A DNA stretch of 64,000 bases from Octopus vulgaris. Lineage: Eukaryota. This document shows positions 1 through 14,319 of this stretch, one piece after another (the stretch's first letter is position 1; every line of letters begins with the position of its first letter). The stretch covers positions 11,284,001 to 11,348,000 of the forward strand of contig OX597837.1 of NCBI GenBank assembly GCA_951406725.2. Reading direction: 5' to 3'. Under the pieces are notes generated by a model. It was given only the letters and a program-made list of their open reading frames with translations, searched no databases and was not told the origin of the DNA. The position numbers and the translations under genes were made by a program.

Positions 1-111
1 ACAGCTTATGTTTGAGTGGACTGAATTACTGAAGAGGCCATTGTAAAGGCAACGATTAAATAAAGCACTTCAGACCGAATCTGAAACAAACACAACAGAT
101 GCGCGCGCAGA

Positions 112-421
112 CATACATACATACATACATACATACATACGTACGTACGTACGTACGTACATACGTACATACATACATACATACATACGTACATACATAC
201 ATACGTACGTACATACATACATACGTACGTACATACATACATACATACATACGTACATACGTACATACATACATACGTGCATACATACATACGTACATAC
301 ACATAAATATATATTCACACTCATATATATATATATATATACACACGTATACATATACATACACATACATACATATGCATATGTATATATATGTATATAT
401 ATACATAGATACATACATATA

Positions 422-496
<75 letters not shown>

Positions 497-515
497 ATAG
501 ATATATCTATACCTG

Positions 516-547
<32 letters not shown>

Positions 548-550
548 CAC
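112..550. repeat. Compound (TACA)n/(TACG)n/(TA)n microsatellite
   Basis: Directly visible; explains ORFs 6..678. Confidence 0.95.
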
Positions 551-1418
551 GTAGGTATTGACAAGGCGGTGGGATAGAGAGTGAGAGAGAGGGAGATATA
601 CGTATACAAATGAAACAGTGCCACAAAGAAATAAATTGAAAAGCAATGAAAGAAAACGAAATTAATTGCAATTTTCAAATAATTAAATAAATAAATGATA
701 TAACCGATGTCTCCGATCGAAAAGAAAACCGGTTGAGGATAAGGTGGGAAACCGGCAACGGTATCGTAGAAGGGAACAACAACAACAACATATATATATA
801 TTGGAGGATTTCTGTTGTACGAATCAACTAAAATTTAAAGCCTGTAACCAACTCTATCGATCTTTTGTGCCGAACTGCGACGTTACAGACTGCACGTCCT
901 AAATGTGTAGGACCATCAATGGATCATCAGTGATGTTTTAGCATTTTAATATTTCGAATATTTTTGTTTATATACAATCATGCTTAAAGAAAGAACGTTC
1001 TGGTAACTTTTATCATTTGGTTGCTTTATTCATTGAACCACGACCAGGCTGGAGCACCACCTTGAAGTGTTTTAGTCGAATAAATCAACTGCAGTGCTTA
1101 TTTGTTTTAAAGACAGGCACTTATTCTGCTGATATCTTTGGCTGAACCGCTAAGTTACGGTTATCAGGTGGGGGTATCGGTGACAGACACAAGCACAAAA
1201 AATATTTACATACACACATATACACACACACGCACACACACACACTCACTTTCTCCTTCGCTCTCTCTCTCTCATATACACACACATACACACACACCCG
1301 CTTTCTCCCCCCCTCTCTCTCTCTCATACACACACACACATACATGCACACACACACACATATGGATATATAACAAATGATGGAGAAGGAAAATGGACTA
1401 AACGAAAATCTTTATGGC

Positions 1419-1522
1419 TCACAACGATCGTTTCGACCCATTTTGTATCAATCCCTCGCGAATGAGATAATGTACAACTGGTTGTGATGCATCACTCGGT
1501 ACAGATGTGTCTCGTCAGGTGA
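1419..1522 (-). ncRNA. Minimal type-I hammerhead ribozyme motif (Penelope-like)
   Basis: Minus strand TCAC-CTGACGA-GAC..(long loop)..GTC-GAAAC-GATC-GTT-GTGA: canonical core, stem I TCAC/GTGA, palindromic GATC loop III. Confidence 0.8.
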
Positions 1523-1563
1523 TTTTACAAGAAAAATCTCGTTAAAAGCCTCTGTTTTGCTCT

Positions 1564-1635
<72 letters not shown>

Positions 1636-2121
1636 GGGTTAGGGCTAGGGTTACACCCATAACCTCTATCTTACTTTGTACTATATATATATGTATATAT
1701 ATATAAGGTTACAGTAAATCTCATGGGGATCACTTCTCTATGTTTCTCGACCCAATATTTTATGCAAGTAAATCCCAAATCACGTTGAATGTATATAATT
1801 TTGTTACATCAAAACAAACAGTCAATGGGATTCTGTTGTTCTGGACAGATGTGACAGGAAATCGATGTCATAATAAAGTTGTCAAGATCTCCACTGTCAG
1901 TTAAACACATTTGAAATCTGGTGAGTACACTATGTATGAAAAAAGCGGTAATTTAACTTAATGAGCAGTGCAAAATAATTTTTTAATGTTAAAATGTTAA
2001 ATTACCATAAGAAACAAAGGGAATATATATATATATATATATAATTATTATTTGAGGGAATATAAATCCAAACTTACAGGGGAAAAATTCAATTTAGAAA
2101 TACTAAATCAAATTTCACACA

Positions 2122-2187
<66 letters not shown>

Positions 2188-2357
2188 TATGTAATTAGAA
2201 AAAACCCCACCTTTCATCAATTCAAAATGAACAATAAAATTACACCATCTAGAAAATTACATATAATAGAAATAGTAAAATTAAAATAACAATAAAATAT
2301 CAATGATTAAATAAATTGCAAAAAAAATAATAAAAATGTATATAATTGGTATATATA

Positions 2358-2440
<83 letters not shown>

Positions 2441-2568
2441 TGCTTCAGCAAGCATCAACTATGGAAATATATGGAATGTGGGTTTCTTTAATTAGTACAA
2501 GGACGAGATAACTTTCATCTACAATAAATGCAGCTACACACACACGCGCACACACATACATACACACT

Positions 2569-2627
<59 letters not shown>

Positions 2628-2977
2628 GTGTGTGTGTGTATACACATTCCCAAAAGCACACACACATAGAATTGAGCTGAGAAAATAGACGTTCACTGCA
2701 TTCATTTCCAGCTGTTTCTCCCTCACCTCACTTACTTTCTATCTTCTGTTCATAATATACGTTCGTTCGAGCATCGTAGCATTGTATCTCCCGCCATTTT
2801 CACAACGACGCTTAGAGTTATACTAACCACAACCAAGCTCGTTCATGTCACTTAGTTTACTTGGCGGAGAGGCTTACGTGTCACATCTGTTTGATTCCTT
2901 GAATCCCTATTAAATATACATACATACTCACACACGCACACACACATATGTATATATATATATATGTACATATATTC

Positions 2978-3088
<111 letters not shown>

Positions 3089-3246
3089 TGTATGTATATG
3101 TCATTTTTTGTGTAATTTCCGCTGATATTAACGATTTCCTCGTGCATGTCCAATAAAAGTGGAAGTCTTACTGAATGATTGCTTCTGTTCTCTCTGATAA
3201 CAGTCAAGGATCTTTGAAAAACACATTGTAAGGTTATCACCCAGAT

Positions 3247-3302
<56 letters not shown>

Positions 3303-3355
3303 ATTGTATATTATATGTGTATATAAATACACACACATATATGCTTATATATATT

Positions 3356-3406
<51 letters not shown>

Positions 3407-3495
3407 TTATTCACTCGTGAATTTCATCACTCACAACATGGACCAAATTTCTTCTTAAGAAAAGAAAATATATATAATCAAATAAGTAAAACATA

Positions 3496-3530
3496 ATATC
3501 ATGAATAGCGATAGCAAAACCGGTCGATAT
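3496..3530 (+). ncRNA. Degenerate hammerhead-like motif with A3:U8 core
   Basis: ATATC-ATGAATA-GC-GATA-GC-AAAAC-CG-GTC-GATAT; stem I ATATC/GATAT, GUC site, G12 changed to A. Confidence 0.45.
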
Positions 3531-3619
3531 ATTAAAAATTATATTAAAACTATGTAAGTGTGCATATTTTCCTTTTTTAATTTCTTATATATTTATATAT
3601 ATATACATATATATATATT

Positions 3620-4340
3620 ATCTGGGTAATTTGTGACGTATGTAACACGCTACACATGGCTTATGGCTCAATATGAATAATGCTTCCATAAACAACTGTC
3701 AATTTTTGTATGGAAATTCTATAAGTTTTGAAAATATTATATGTTAATATTTTCCTATCAAGCTTCGCTATTTTTTTTTGGTGGGGGGTATAGGATATTC
3801 TGCGTTTCTATTGATCTATGTTTTATATGCATAATGAGTTTATGAGAGTTCGTTGTACATGTATGGCCATTATAACAGTTGGGAATGTGAAGTTTGCAAA
3901 TTTTCACTTTTTCATCCAATATTATAACATTGGACCTTTATAAGTTTGCCCTCGAGATTACATTCTTAGACTGCGTCAGTGAGGTATATTGAAAAGATGT
4001 GAAAGAAATAGCATAAGTAATACGTCATATACGGTCATACATATATGCATTCTCATATTCAGTAAAATTATAAGGAAAGATTTTGAGAAAAGAAAAGAAT
4101 ATCCGACGGTAGAGAATGTCAGCTTACTTTTTGCGAAACTGAGATGACGTGCGAGATGAGGAATATAAGGTCGATAGTTTTTACGAACTCTTCTAGTTTT
4201 TATACGCAAAGAAGAAGGCTTTAATAAATCTTGTAATAATCTTTGGATAGGAAAACATAGTTCCTTGGTCTTTTTCGTCGGTTTTTCTTTGCACGGATAA
4301 ACCTAATCTGTTTTTGGCTATATGTGGCTAATAAAGAAAC
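3620..4340 (+). mobile_element. Old diverged Tx1/L1-type LINE 3' fragment ending in (TATC)n
   Basis: Same frame gives QLSIFVWKFY (~3690-3725) and CFIC..EFVVH (~3819-3860), with stops; 3' end GGTCTTTTTCGT..CACGGATAAA..TGTGGCTAATAAAGAAAC is shared with the 4406 and 6545 copies. Confidence 0.55.
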
Positions 4341-4405
<65 letters not shown>

Positions 4406-4424
<19 letters not shown>

Positions 4425-4922
4425 TTAGCGAACGTTTTAAAAAAGATGGGTGAATGTAGCAAGGATGGCACGTATGAATGACGGAGCCACCTTGAGCATA
4501 ATCCTATGAACCCAGAAATTGAAAACAGAGGGTTACCCACTTGCAAACAAATGTGGTAACAAATAACAATATTGACCGAGGTTACCGTGGTCTTTTTCGT
4601 AGGCTTTTCTTCCCACGGATAAATCTTACTTGCTTTCCCCTTTACACCATACATCATGACACTGTGATACACGATCCCTATTGATCGTTTTTTTTTCCTC
4701 TCCCCCTTTTTTCCTCTTTTTTCTTTCTTTTCATTTTTCTTTCTTTTTTCTTTTTTCCTTCTTTTTCTTTTTCTTTTTTCTTTTTTTTTCTTTTTTCCCT
4801 TTTACGATCCCTTTTGATCGAAAACCTACGCCAACTTTTTCTTTTTTTTCTCCCCCAAAAGAAAAGCTCTACCTTGTAACTTGTCCCATCTGTGTGCAGC
4901 CCTGTGTGGCCAATAAAGAAAC
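4406..4922 (+). mobile_element. 5'-truncated Tx1-type LINE (ORF2 tail + 3' UTR) between (TATC)n tracts
   Basis: Closely matches the reverse complement of 6545-7005 (encodes ..FKKRWVNVARMARMND.ATLSI); ends AATAAAGAAAC-(TATC)n. Confidence 0.9.
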
Positions 4923-5019
<97 letters not shown>

Positions 5020-5094
5020 CATCTATCTATCATTTCATTTATCTTTCTCTCTCTTTCTGTCTGTCTCCCCCTCTCTCTCTCTCTATATATATTG

Positions 5095-5138
<44 letters not shown>

Positions 5139-5354
5139 ACAGATATGTATATATATATATATATATATACATACACACACTCACCGCACACACCGCATAC
5201 ACACACGCATAAATAGATAGATTGAATGATAGATAGATAGATAGATAGATACATACATACATACATGGATATATGCATTAAGTTGTACAAAAGTTCCAAT
5301 ATCATTCATTGATTGCAAACATAAATGTTATATGTGTAATTATGCAGAAGAATA

Positions 5355-5356
5355 AG

Positions 5357-5390
<34 letters not shown>

Positions 5391-5526
5391 CAGACAGAGA
5401 AAGTGAAAGTGAGAGAGAAGCAGACTGACAGAGACAGAGAAAGAGAGAAGAAGAGAGGCAGAGAAAGGGAGAGGAAAAGATGCAGGCAGAGAAAGAGAAA
5501 GAGTGAAGGAGAAAGAAAGACAGTGT

Positions 5527-5559
<33 letters not shown>

Positions 5560-5716
5560 GCAGACGGAGAAAGTGAAAGTGAGAGAGAAGCAGACTGACA
5601 GAGACAGAGAAAGAGAGAAGAAGAGAGGCAGAGAAAGGGAGAGGAAAAGAGGCAGGCAGAGAAAGAGAAAGAGTGAAGGAGAAAGAAAGACAGTGAGAGA
5701 GAGAGAGAGAGAGAGA
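5355..5716. repeat. GA-rich tandem duplication, period about 170 bp
   Basis: CAGAC(A/G)GAGAAAGTGAAAGTGAGAGAGAAGCAGAC.. at 5391 and 5561. Confidence 0.85.
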
Positions 5717-5954
5717 CGTAAAAGAAGCGATAAGGAGAAAATGGATAACGAAAATAAGGATAAGATAGAGCAAAAGAATAAAACTAAAGGAGAAGGAGAG
5801 AAAGAAGGGAAAGAGAGAGGAACAGAATAAAAGTGAGAGAGAAAATAGAGAATGAAGCGAAAAAAGAATGAATGTGGTGAGCGAAAACGAAGAAGAAGAG
5901 GAGCAGGAAGTGGATCACAAGGAAGAAAAGAAAGGAAAGATAAAGTTTTCTTTT

Positions 5955-6105
5955 CTACTCTACGAACAAGGCCCAAAATTTTGGAGAAGGGGCCAGTCGA
6001 CTAGATCTACCCCAGTACGCAACTGGTACTTAATTTATCGATCCCGAAAGGATGAAAGGCAAAGTCTACCTCGGCGGAATTTGAACTCAGAACGTTCCGG
6101 CAGAC
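5955..6105 (-). mobile_element. SINE family B fragment
   Basis: CCCCAGT.CGCAACTGGTACTTAATTTATCGA.CCCGAAAGGATGAAAGGCAAAGTC shared with the 51585 and 60998 copies. Confidence 0.8.
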
Positions 6106-6240
6106 GTACATGTTTCTATGCGTGTGCAGATGTGAGCGTGTGTGTGTGTGTACGCGCGCGTTTTATTGAGATGGAGTGAAAAGCAGAAAAAGAGACAGTA
6201 GACAGAAACATAAAATAAATACATCGATAGATAGATAGAC

Positions 6241-6356
<116 letters not shown>

Positions 6357-6369
6357 TAGATAGACAGAC

Positions 6370-6437
<68 letters not shown>

Positions 6438-6450
6438 TAGATAGACAGAC

Positions 6451-6506
<56 letters not shown>

Positions 6507-6544
6507 TAGATAGACAGACAGATAGATAGATAGATAGATAGATA

Positions 6545-8067
6545 TGTTTCTTTATTAGCCACACAGGGCTGCACACAGATAGGACAAATTACAAGGTAGA
6601 GCTTTTCTTTTGAAGGGTTAGAAAAAAAAAAAAAAAAAAAAGGAAGGGGGAGTTTCGATCAAAAGGGATCGTAAAAGGAGAGAAAGAGGACAAAAAAAGG
6701 GGGGGTTAAAAAAAGGGGGGAGGAAAAAAAATTGATCAATAGGGATCGTTATCACAGAAATGTCAATATGAAGTGTAAAGGGGAGGACAGGTGAGGTTTA
6801 CCCGTGGAAAGAAAAGCCTACGGAAAAGACCACGGTAACCTCGGTCAATGAAGTCACATTTTATATTTCTTTTTTTTTTTTTTTGCAAATAAGCAACTCT
6901 CTGTTTTCGATTTCTGGGTTCATAGGACTATGCTCAAGGTGGCTTCGTCATTCATACGTGCCATTCTTGCTACATTCACCCATCTTTTTTTAAAACATTC
7001 GCTAGACAAAACTTGCCTCTCTACTCTCACTTTCCTTTTCAAGTGGTACTTGAAGAAGTTGATGAGAGATTGACCAGAGAGGAAAGTGTTTGTCTCCAAT
7101 CCTTTCAGACGCGTCCACCAGATACATTCTTTCGCCATAGCCACAAGGATGATGAAAATAGATCTTCCTTCCCGTTTGAAGGAAGGAGGCGTGACAATAT
7201 TGACGATAGACTCAGCTGATAAACCGACTCGTCCCACACGTGACAGCAGTTGTTCGACACAAGCCCACAGGTCGGAAATTGTTGGACACTGAACGAGTGC
7301 GTGCAGAACGGTTTCGTCGCTCTGACCGCATCTCGGGCAGGTCGGCCCCGTGTTTCTCGAGCCGTGTCTGTAGAGCTTATCCCGAACGGGTAGCGCTTCT
7401 CGGTAGCACTGCCAGGCCAGGGATCTCTGGAAGTTGTCCATGGGCCCTGGCCCGAAAGTCGTCCTGAACAGGCGGGTCAGGTACTCCTCGTCGACGTCCA
7501 GGTTCGCCCCGAGCTCGTCGTCGTACCTCCCCTCCACTAAACCCCTATAGAATGCTTTGGTTGTGTTGAAGTCACTTAAGGTCGACCCAGGACGGCAGAG
7601 TTGCTTGAGAGCAACGCGACACTCGCGGTGCCATTCGCCCTTCCTCGGCCTCTTTTTGATCCACGACTGCAGTTCGGTCATGGAGACGAGCTGCGGGAAA
7701 GCGTGCCTCACAAACGGCGACCACACCTGTTCACCGTCGTCTACATAGAGCCAGAGATGTCGCAGTCTCAGCGCGTGTCTGCGCATCATCAACCACGGCA
7801 TGCCCAGCCCTCCTTTTAACGGGTGTTGACAGCAAATGGATCGCCTGACCATCGGGACGCATCCTTTCCACAAAAAGCGAAAGAGGATGCGTTGTAGTTT
7901 GGTGATGGTAGGGTCGGGACAAGGTACGACGGTCAGGCGGTAGTAGATGACGGACGCGATGTACGTGTTCGCCACCTCCGCTCGACCTTTTAGGGACAGT
8001 TTCCTCTCGGCCCATTGCCGGGCGAGAGTGACCACCCTACTCGTTATCTCGTTCCAGTTCTTCTCCA
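6545..8067 (-). mobile_element. 5'-truncated Tx1/L1-clade non-LTR retrotransposon in a (GATA)n array
   Basis: GC-rich island flanked by (GATA)n on both sides; ORF2 tail, 3' UTR and AATAAA signal. Confidence 0.92.
6920..8035 (-). CDS. Tx1/L1 ORF2 C-terminal fragment (post-RT region and zf-RVT zinc knuckle)
   Basis: W..RKLSLKGR, FLW, GGLG, WQCYREALPVRDKL and CPRC..ETVLHALVQC motifs typical of L1/Tx1 ORF2; the frame stays open up to the 5' truncation at about 8067. Confidence 0.9.
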   Translation of the reverse strand: MVTLARQWAERKLSLKGRAEVANTYIASVIYYRLTVVPCPDPTITKLQRILFRFLWKGCVPMVRRSICCQHPLKGGLGMPWLMMRRHALRLRHLWLYVDDGEQVWSPFVRHAFPQLVSMTELQSWIKKRPRKGEWHRECRVALKQLCRPGSTLSDFNTTKAFYRGLVEGRYDDELGANLDVDEEYLTRLFRTTFGPGPMDNFQRSLAWQCYREALPVRDKLYRHGSRNTGPTCPRCGQSDETVLHALVQCPTISDLWACVEQLLSRVGRVGLSAESIVNIVTPPSFKREGRSIFIILVAMAKECIWWTRLKGLETNTFLSGQSLINFFKYHLKRKVRVERQVLSSECFKKRWVNVARMARMNDEATLSIVL

Positions 8068-8099
8068 GATAGATAGATAGATTAGATAGACAGACAGAC

Positions 8100-8166
<67 letters not shown>

Positions 8167-8235
8167 CAGATAGAGAAATAGGTAGATAGATAGATAGCTA
8201 TCTATCTATCTATTTAGATAGATAGACAGACAGAC

Positions 8236-8328
<93 letters not shown>

Positions 8329-8505
8329 AAGAGATAGACAGACAGACAGGCAGGTAGAGAAAAGACAGAGAGGGATAGAAAATCAGAAGGAGAGAGAGAC
8401 AAAACCAGAGACAGAGATAAAAAGAAAAGGAACAGGCAGAAGGATAAAGGGTTAGAGAGGTAGAGAGGTAGAGAGAAGCAGAGGGAGAGAAAGGCATTGG
8501 GAGGC

Positions 8506-8539
<34 letters not shown>

Positions 8540-8874
8540 ATAGAGAAAGAGAGAGAGAAAAGTAAAGAGACTCGTCGGAAAACGAAAGAATGAAATAAAT
8601 CTTGACTGGAAGAATCGTTTAAAGGTGTAAATAAACGAACAGAACAGCTGGACAAACGTGAGGCGAATGAAACGGAATGAAGAGAATGAAGGGAATGAAG
8701 GGAATGAAGGGATAGAAGTAATTGTAACACGTTCCTTGTGGGATGGATTGCAAGGGAGGAGGCGCAGGTGGCGGGACAGATGAAGTAACTTAATACCTTA
8801 CGGAGCATACGGTAATTTGCGCGCTTGCTTGCATGTGTGTGTGTGTGTAAGCTATATTCAAATAAGTTCTGGCA

Positions 8875-9030
8875 TAGCTGTGTGGTAAGAAGTTTGCTCC
8901 CAGTCCACATGGCTCTGGGTTCAGTCCCACCGCGTGACACCTTTGTTAAGTGTTTTCTACTATAGCCTCGAGCCGACCAAGGCCTTGGGAGTAGATTTGG
9001 TAGACGGAAACCGAAAGAAGCTCGTCGTAT
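8875..9030 (+). mobile_element. SINE family A 5' half (tRNA-like head)
   Basis: GCTGTGTGGTAAG..GGTTCAGTCCCAC..GGTAGACGGAAAC; similar halves at ~11685-11840(-), 12705-12850(+), 22298-22437(+), 54942-55089(-), 61245-61345(+). Confidence 0.8.
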
Positions 9031-9427
9031 ATATATATATATATATAGGAATGGTAAATCGCGTAGGTGGTTCTGTTCGAAACTCCCTCCTAAACTAAGT
9101 ATACCTGGCTTAGTGGTTAGAGTGTTGTCCTCGTGGTTTCGATTCTAAGACACCGACAGTGCGTCGTATTCTTTAGTAAAACCCTTCCTTTCACGTTGCT
9201 CTAGTTCATTGTTTGTCAATAGGTTAACTCCACAACGGATTGCCACCCATTCAGGAAGAACACTGGCCAACCCGCCTACCCAGCGCGATGGCGCCATTCG
9301 GAAGCCACAACAATGCAAAGAAAAGCATTGTGACCAGCGAGGTATTACAACATCCGATTGTCTGGTCAAAACAGTAATACTGTGATATGCGTGTGTCTTT
9401 GTACGCATTTACGTAATACACACACAA

Positions 9428-9492
<65 letters not shown>

Positions 9493-10283
9493 TATGTATG
9501 TAAAATAAAGGTGGTTAGATGCAATATAAAACCAGAAAGGAAAAATTCAACTATCACTAATAGTAACTAAGGGTGCACAATAGCACCTACATTGCTAGAA
9601 ACAAGAATTAAAGACCCTTATAGTCACAAACGTAGCACAAGTCTATGTACTGACTGGGGTGTTAAGCACCCCAAAATGAGTGAGGGTACTGTATTGGCAT
9701 GTCAATTTTACTTGGGATTAAAACTCGTCCATCGCCATGAGAATAAACCGCTTGATAACCGGTGTTGGCGTGTTCATGTCCCCGTAACATAGTGGTTTGG
9801 CAAAAGAGACTGATAGAATAAGTACCAGGCTTTACAAAAAAAAAACAAACACTGTAGTTGATTCATTCAATTAACAATACTTCAAGGCAGTGCCCCAGGA
9901 TGGCCACAATCCAATTACCAAAACAAGTGAAAGATAAGCTAGAAAAGACGTGATTATCTGTACATTGTACGCTAATCCGCCCACTTGGTCCGTCTGATAA
10001 AATCCGCCTCTGGCAAAAAACTCCATCTCAATCACTTGAATGATTCTCTCCATTATTCATTGCATTTCTATTTTCAGAAACTTATGATACAAACGATGAA
10101 ATAATCAAGGGCAAAAATCAGCGGAGGATTTCCAAATGCAATTAAATCCTAAACTCAATGGTGTCTAAATGGTGTTCGCTGCCAAAAACAGCGGAAATCC
10201 ATTGTGAGAGAAAGCGTGGCAATAATAAAGAAAGACAAAGGAAAACCTTGATCCCTTGATCAGGTATCTCTTCTCCGTTTTCC

Positions 10284-10651
10284 CTTCTTCTTCTTCTTCT
10301 TCTTCTTCTTCTTCTTCTTCTTCTTCTTCTTCTTCTTCTTCTTCTTCTTCTTCTTCTTCTCATTCTTCTTCTTCTTCTCATTCTTCTTCTTCTTCTTCTT
10401 CTTCTTCTTCTTCTTCTTTCATTCTTCTTCTTCTTCTCATTCTTCTTCTTCTCATTCTTCTTCTTCTTCTTCTTCTTCTTTTTCTTCTTCTTCTCATTCT
10501 TCTTCTTCTTCTTCTTCTTCTTCTTCTTCTTCTCATTCTTCTTCTTCTTCTCATTCTTCTTCTTCTTCTTCTTCTTCTTCTTCTTCTTCTTCTTCTTCTT
10601 CTTCTTCTTCTTCTTCTTCTCATTCTTCTTCTTCTTCTTCTTCTTCTTCTT
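10284..10651. repeat. (TTC)n array followed by (CAT)/(CAC)/(CA) repeats
   Basis: Directly visible. Confidence 0.95.
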
Positions 10652-10799
10652 CCGCTTCATTTTGATTTTTCATTGTCGTCTTATCGTCGTCATCATTGTC
10701 GCCGTTACCATCATCATCATCATCATCACTCACCACCACCGTCATCCCCACCGTCACTCCCCACCACCGTCACCACCACCACCACCACCACCACCATCA

Positions 10800-10841
<42 letters not shown>

Positions 10842-10966
10842 CACTTAATAATTTCCATTGAAATTTTAAAGTTCACTTGGAGCACTACATCGCCAGTCTG
10901 TATTTTATTTGCGAATATTAACACTTGCAAACTCAAAATAAAGCAGTGCACGTTTTATATATAGAT

Positions 10967-11515
10967 ACAACTTATAAACAAGGGCAAACGAAAAAATTTC
11001 TAATGCCAAATATGCCGAAAAATTGGTCATATTGTCCATTTACCATATAATTTTTTTCCCCAGTACGCACGCTACTCGAAAAAAGGCCGACAGAAATCCC
11101 TAAAAAAATCCATTATTACCATATCGGACCGATTTCAGGGTTAGTTCGTAAGAACCCTCCCATCGTCAGTGATAAATGTGGCAAAAGAAATAAATGAGAC
11201 ACTTACTCATACCCATGGATTTATTTGGGGTACTTAATTGTGCTCATGACTTAGTGTTTTGCTTCTTCCATGGGTATGAGTAAGTATCTCATTTACTTCT
11301 TTGCCACATTTATCACTGACGAAGGGAGGGTTCTTACAAACTAACCCTGAAATCGGCCCGATATGGTAATAATGGAACTTTTTAGAGATTTCTGTCGGCC
11401 TTTTTTCGAGTAGCGTGCGTACAGGGAAAAAAATTATATGGTAATGGACGATATGTCCAATTTTCGGCATATTTGGCATTAGAAATTTTTTCGTTTGCTC
11501 TTATTTATAAGTTGT
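10967..11515. mobile_element. Long inverted repeat (about 250-bp arms, about 47-bp spacer), Penelope inverted pseudo-LTR-like
   Basis: 10967-11219 is the near reverse complement of 11267-11515; each arm has a hammerhead motif (11122-11174 minus, 11311-11363 plus). Confidence 0.8.
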
Positions 11516-11584
11516 TTATAATTTAACATTTAAAGGTATTTTTTAATATACTGGCCATTGATAAAAAATGTTATCCTACATTAG

Positions 11585-11636
<52 letters not shown>

Positions 11637-12156
11637 GTATGTATATATATGTGTGTATGTATGTCTGTATGTATATATACATACACGACGGGCTTTCAGT
11701 TTCCGTCTACCAAATCCACTCACAAGGCTTTGGTCGGCCTGAGGCTATAGTAGAAGACACTTGCCTAAGGTGCCACGCAATGGGACTGAACCCGCAACCA
11801 TGTGGTTGCTAAGCAAGCTACTTACCACACAGCCATTCCTATGTTTAAAATAACTAATATATTTTAACGTAATCCCTAATGTTTAATTATTAAAATATAA
11901 TGGGATATTTTTAACAAAGTGTCAATCAATGTGCAACACGAAACAAAGGGGTCCTTAGGGTGTTCAGAACCCCTGGTTCACATGGTCTGGTGTTGTACAA
12001 ATGTGTGCGTGTGTGTATTTGTGTATTTGTTTGTGTGAGTGCGTGTGTGTGAGTGTGTTTGCGTGTCTGTGTGTACGCGGAGTGTGTGCGCGTGTTTGCA
12101 CATGTGTGAGTGTTTGTATACGTGTTGTATGTATGCATAGGTATGTATGTACATGC

Positions 12157-12199
<43 letters not shown>

Positions 12200-13100
12200 C
12201 GTGCATGCATGTCTGTGTGTATGTGTCTTCCTGCTTCTGTATGTGTGTGTTGTGTGCGTGCGTGTGCAAGTGCATATGTGTGTCGTGTGTGTGTGTGTGA
12301 GCAAGTGTGCGAGGATGTGTGCATGTGTGTTTGTGCGTATGCGTGTGTGTGTGTGCGTGCTTGTGTGTGCGCGCATGTGCGTTCGTATATGCGCATGCGC
12401 GTGGGTGCGTACGCGCGCGCGAGTGTCCGTTGTTTTGATAATTTAGTCCCAGATCAGCCACAGCTGAGAACATTCGATGATTATAGTCGTTCCGGACGTG
12501 GCATCACGTCAGTTTCTATACGAAAGTCATTCATCAATTTTTCCTTTACTTTTTGTTGACTTCCTTATACATTTTGTTTGAAGGAATTTGGTTGCTATTT
12601 CTAGCATAGCCAATGGTCACATTGAGGTTTCTCATTGGCGTGTGTATTTTGCGTATGTCTGTGCCTGTTATGTATGTGTATATGTGCAGATATGCATGCG
12701 TTTGTGTGTAGTAAGACGCTTCCTTCCCAACCACATGGTTCCGGGTTCAGTCCCATTGCATGGCACCTTGGATAAATGTCTTCTATTATAGCCCGGGGCC
12801 GACCAAAGCCTTGTGAGTGGATTTGGTAGATGGAAACTAAAGAAGATACGTTTGTGTGTGTGTGTGTGTGTGAGTTTGCATTGTGTGTGTGTGTCTGCGT
12901 TGTGTGTGACTGTGTATGCATAACTGTGTGTGTACGCACTGTGTCAGCGCTTTCTATGTCTCTGTGCGTGTGTATACATATATACGTGTGTGTGTGTGTG
13001 AGTGTGTTTGTGTGTATGTTAAGCGTATTCGTGTATTTTGTGTGCGCGCATATCTGTGTCCGTGTGTGTGCATGTGTGGTAATGTGTTTGTACGTGTGTA

Positions 13101-13141
<41 letters not shown>

Positions 13142-13272
13142 TAAGTGCGTATACATAAATATATATATAAATGTGTTTGTGTGTGTGTGTATGAGTGTGT
13201 ATTTGTAGGTATGAGTCTGTGAGTGTTGTGCGTTGCATGTGTGTGTGTGCGTGGCATGTGCATATATATTTA

Positions 13273-13320
<48 letters not shown>

Positions 13321-13542
13321 TGCGTGCGTGCATGCGTGTGTGTGTGTGCGTTCATTAGTCTTCTCTTAAGAGTGCCTGACTGCTGTTTTCGGAAACGACG
13401 GTTCCTGTACCGTATTTTCCCAATATGATATCAGCTTAGAGAACATAATAAACAAACAAACAAAACACAAATAGTTCTCTGACATAATGTGACATTGAAT
13501 GGCATGTGTGCTTGCGCAGGTGCCAACATATACATATACATA

Positions 13543-14105
<563 letters not shown>

Positions 14106-14270
14106 CATGCATGCATCCACCCATCTGTACAAACATACATACATACCTTCACATGTAGACAAACCTTTGAAGGGATCGATGAATGTATAAAGAGCTGTTT
14201 ATATGAATGTAGGAATTTGCTTATATATATAAACTACAAAAGTCATCAAAGATATATATGTGTGTGTGAG

Positions 14271-14319
<49 letters not shown>

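Noticed and set aside
26-62. Further hammerhead-like remnants (26-62, ~12473-12535, ~37960-38045, ~58692-58742)
   Set aside because: Core or stem I is incomplete; too degenerate to call.
1633-1653. TTAGGG telomeric repeats
   Set aside because: Only about three imperfect units; uninformative.
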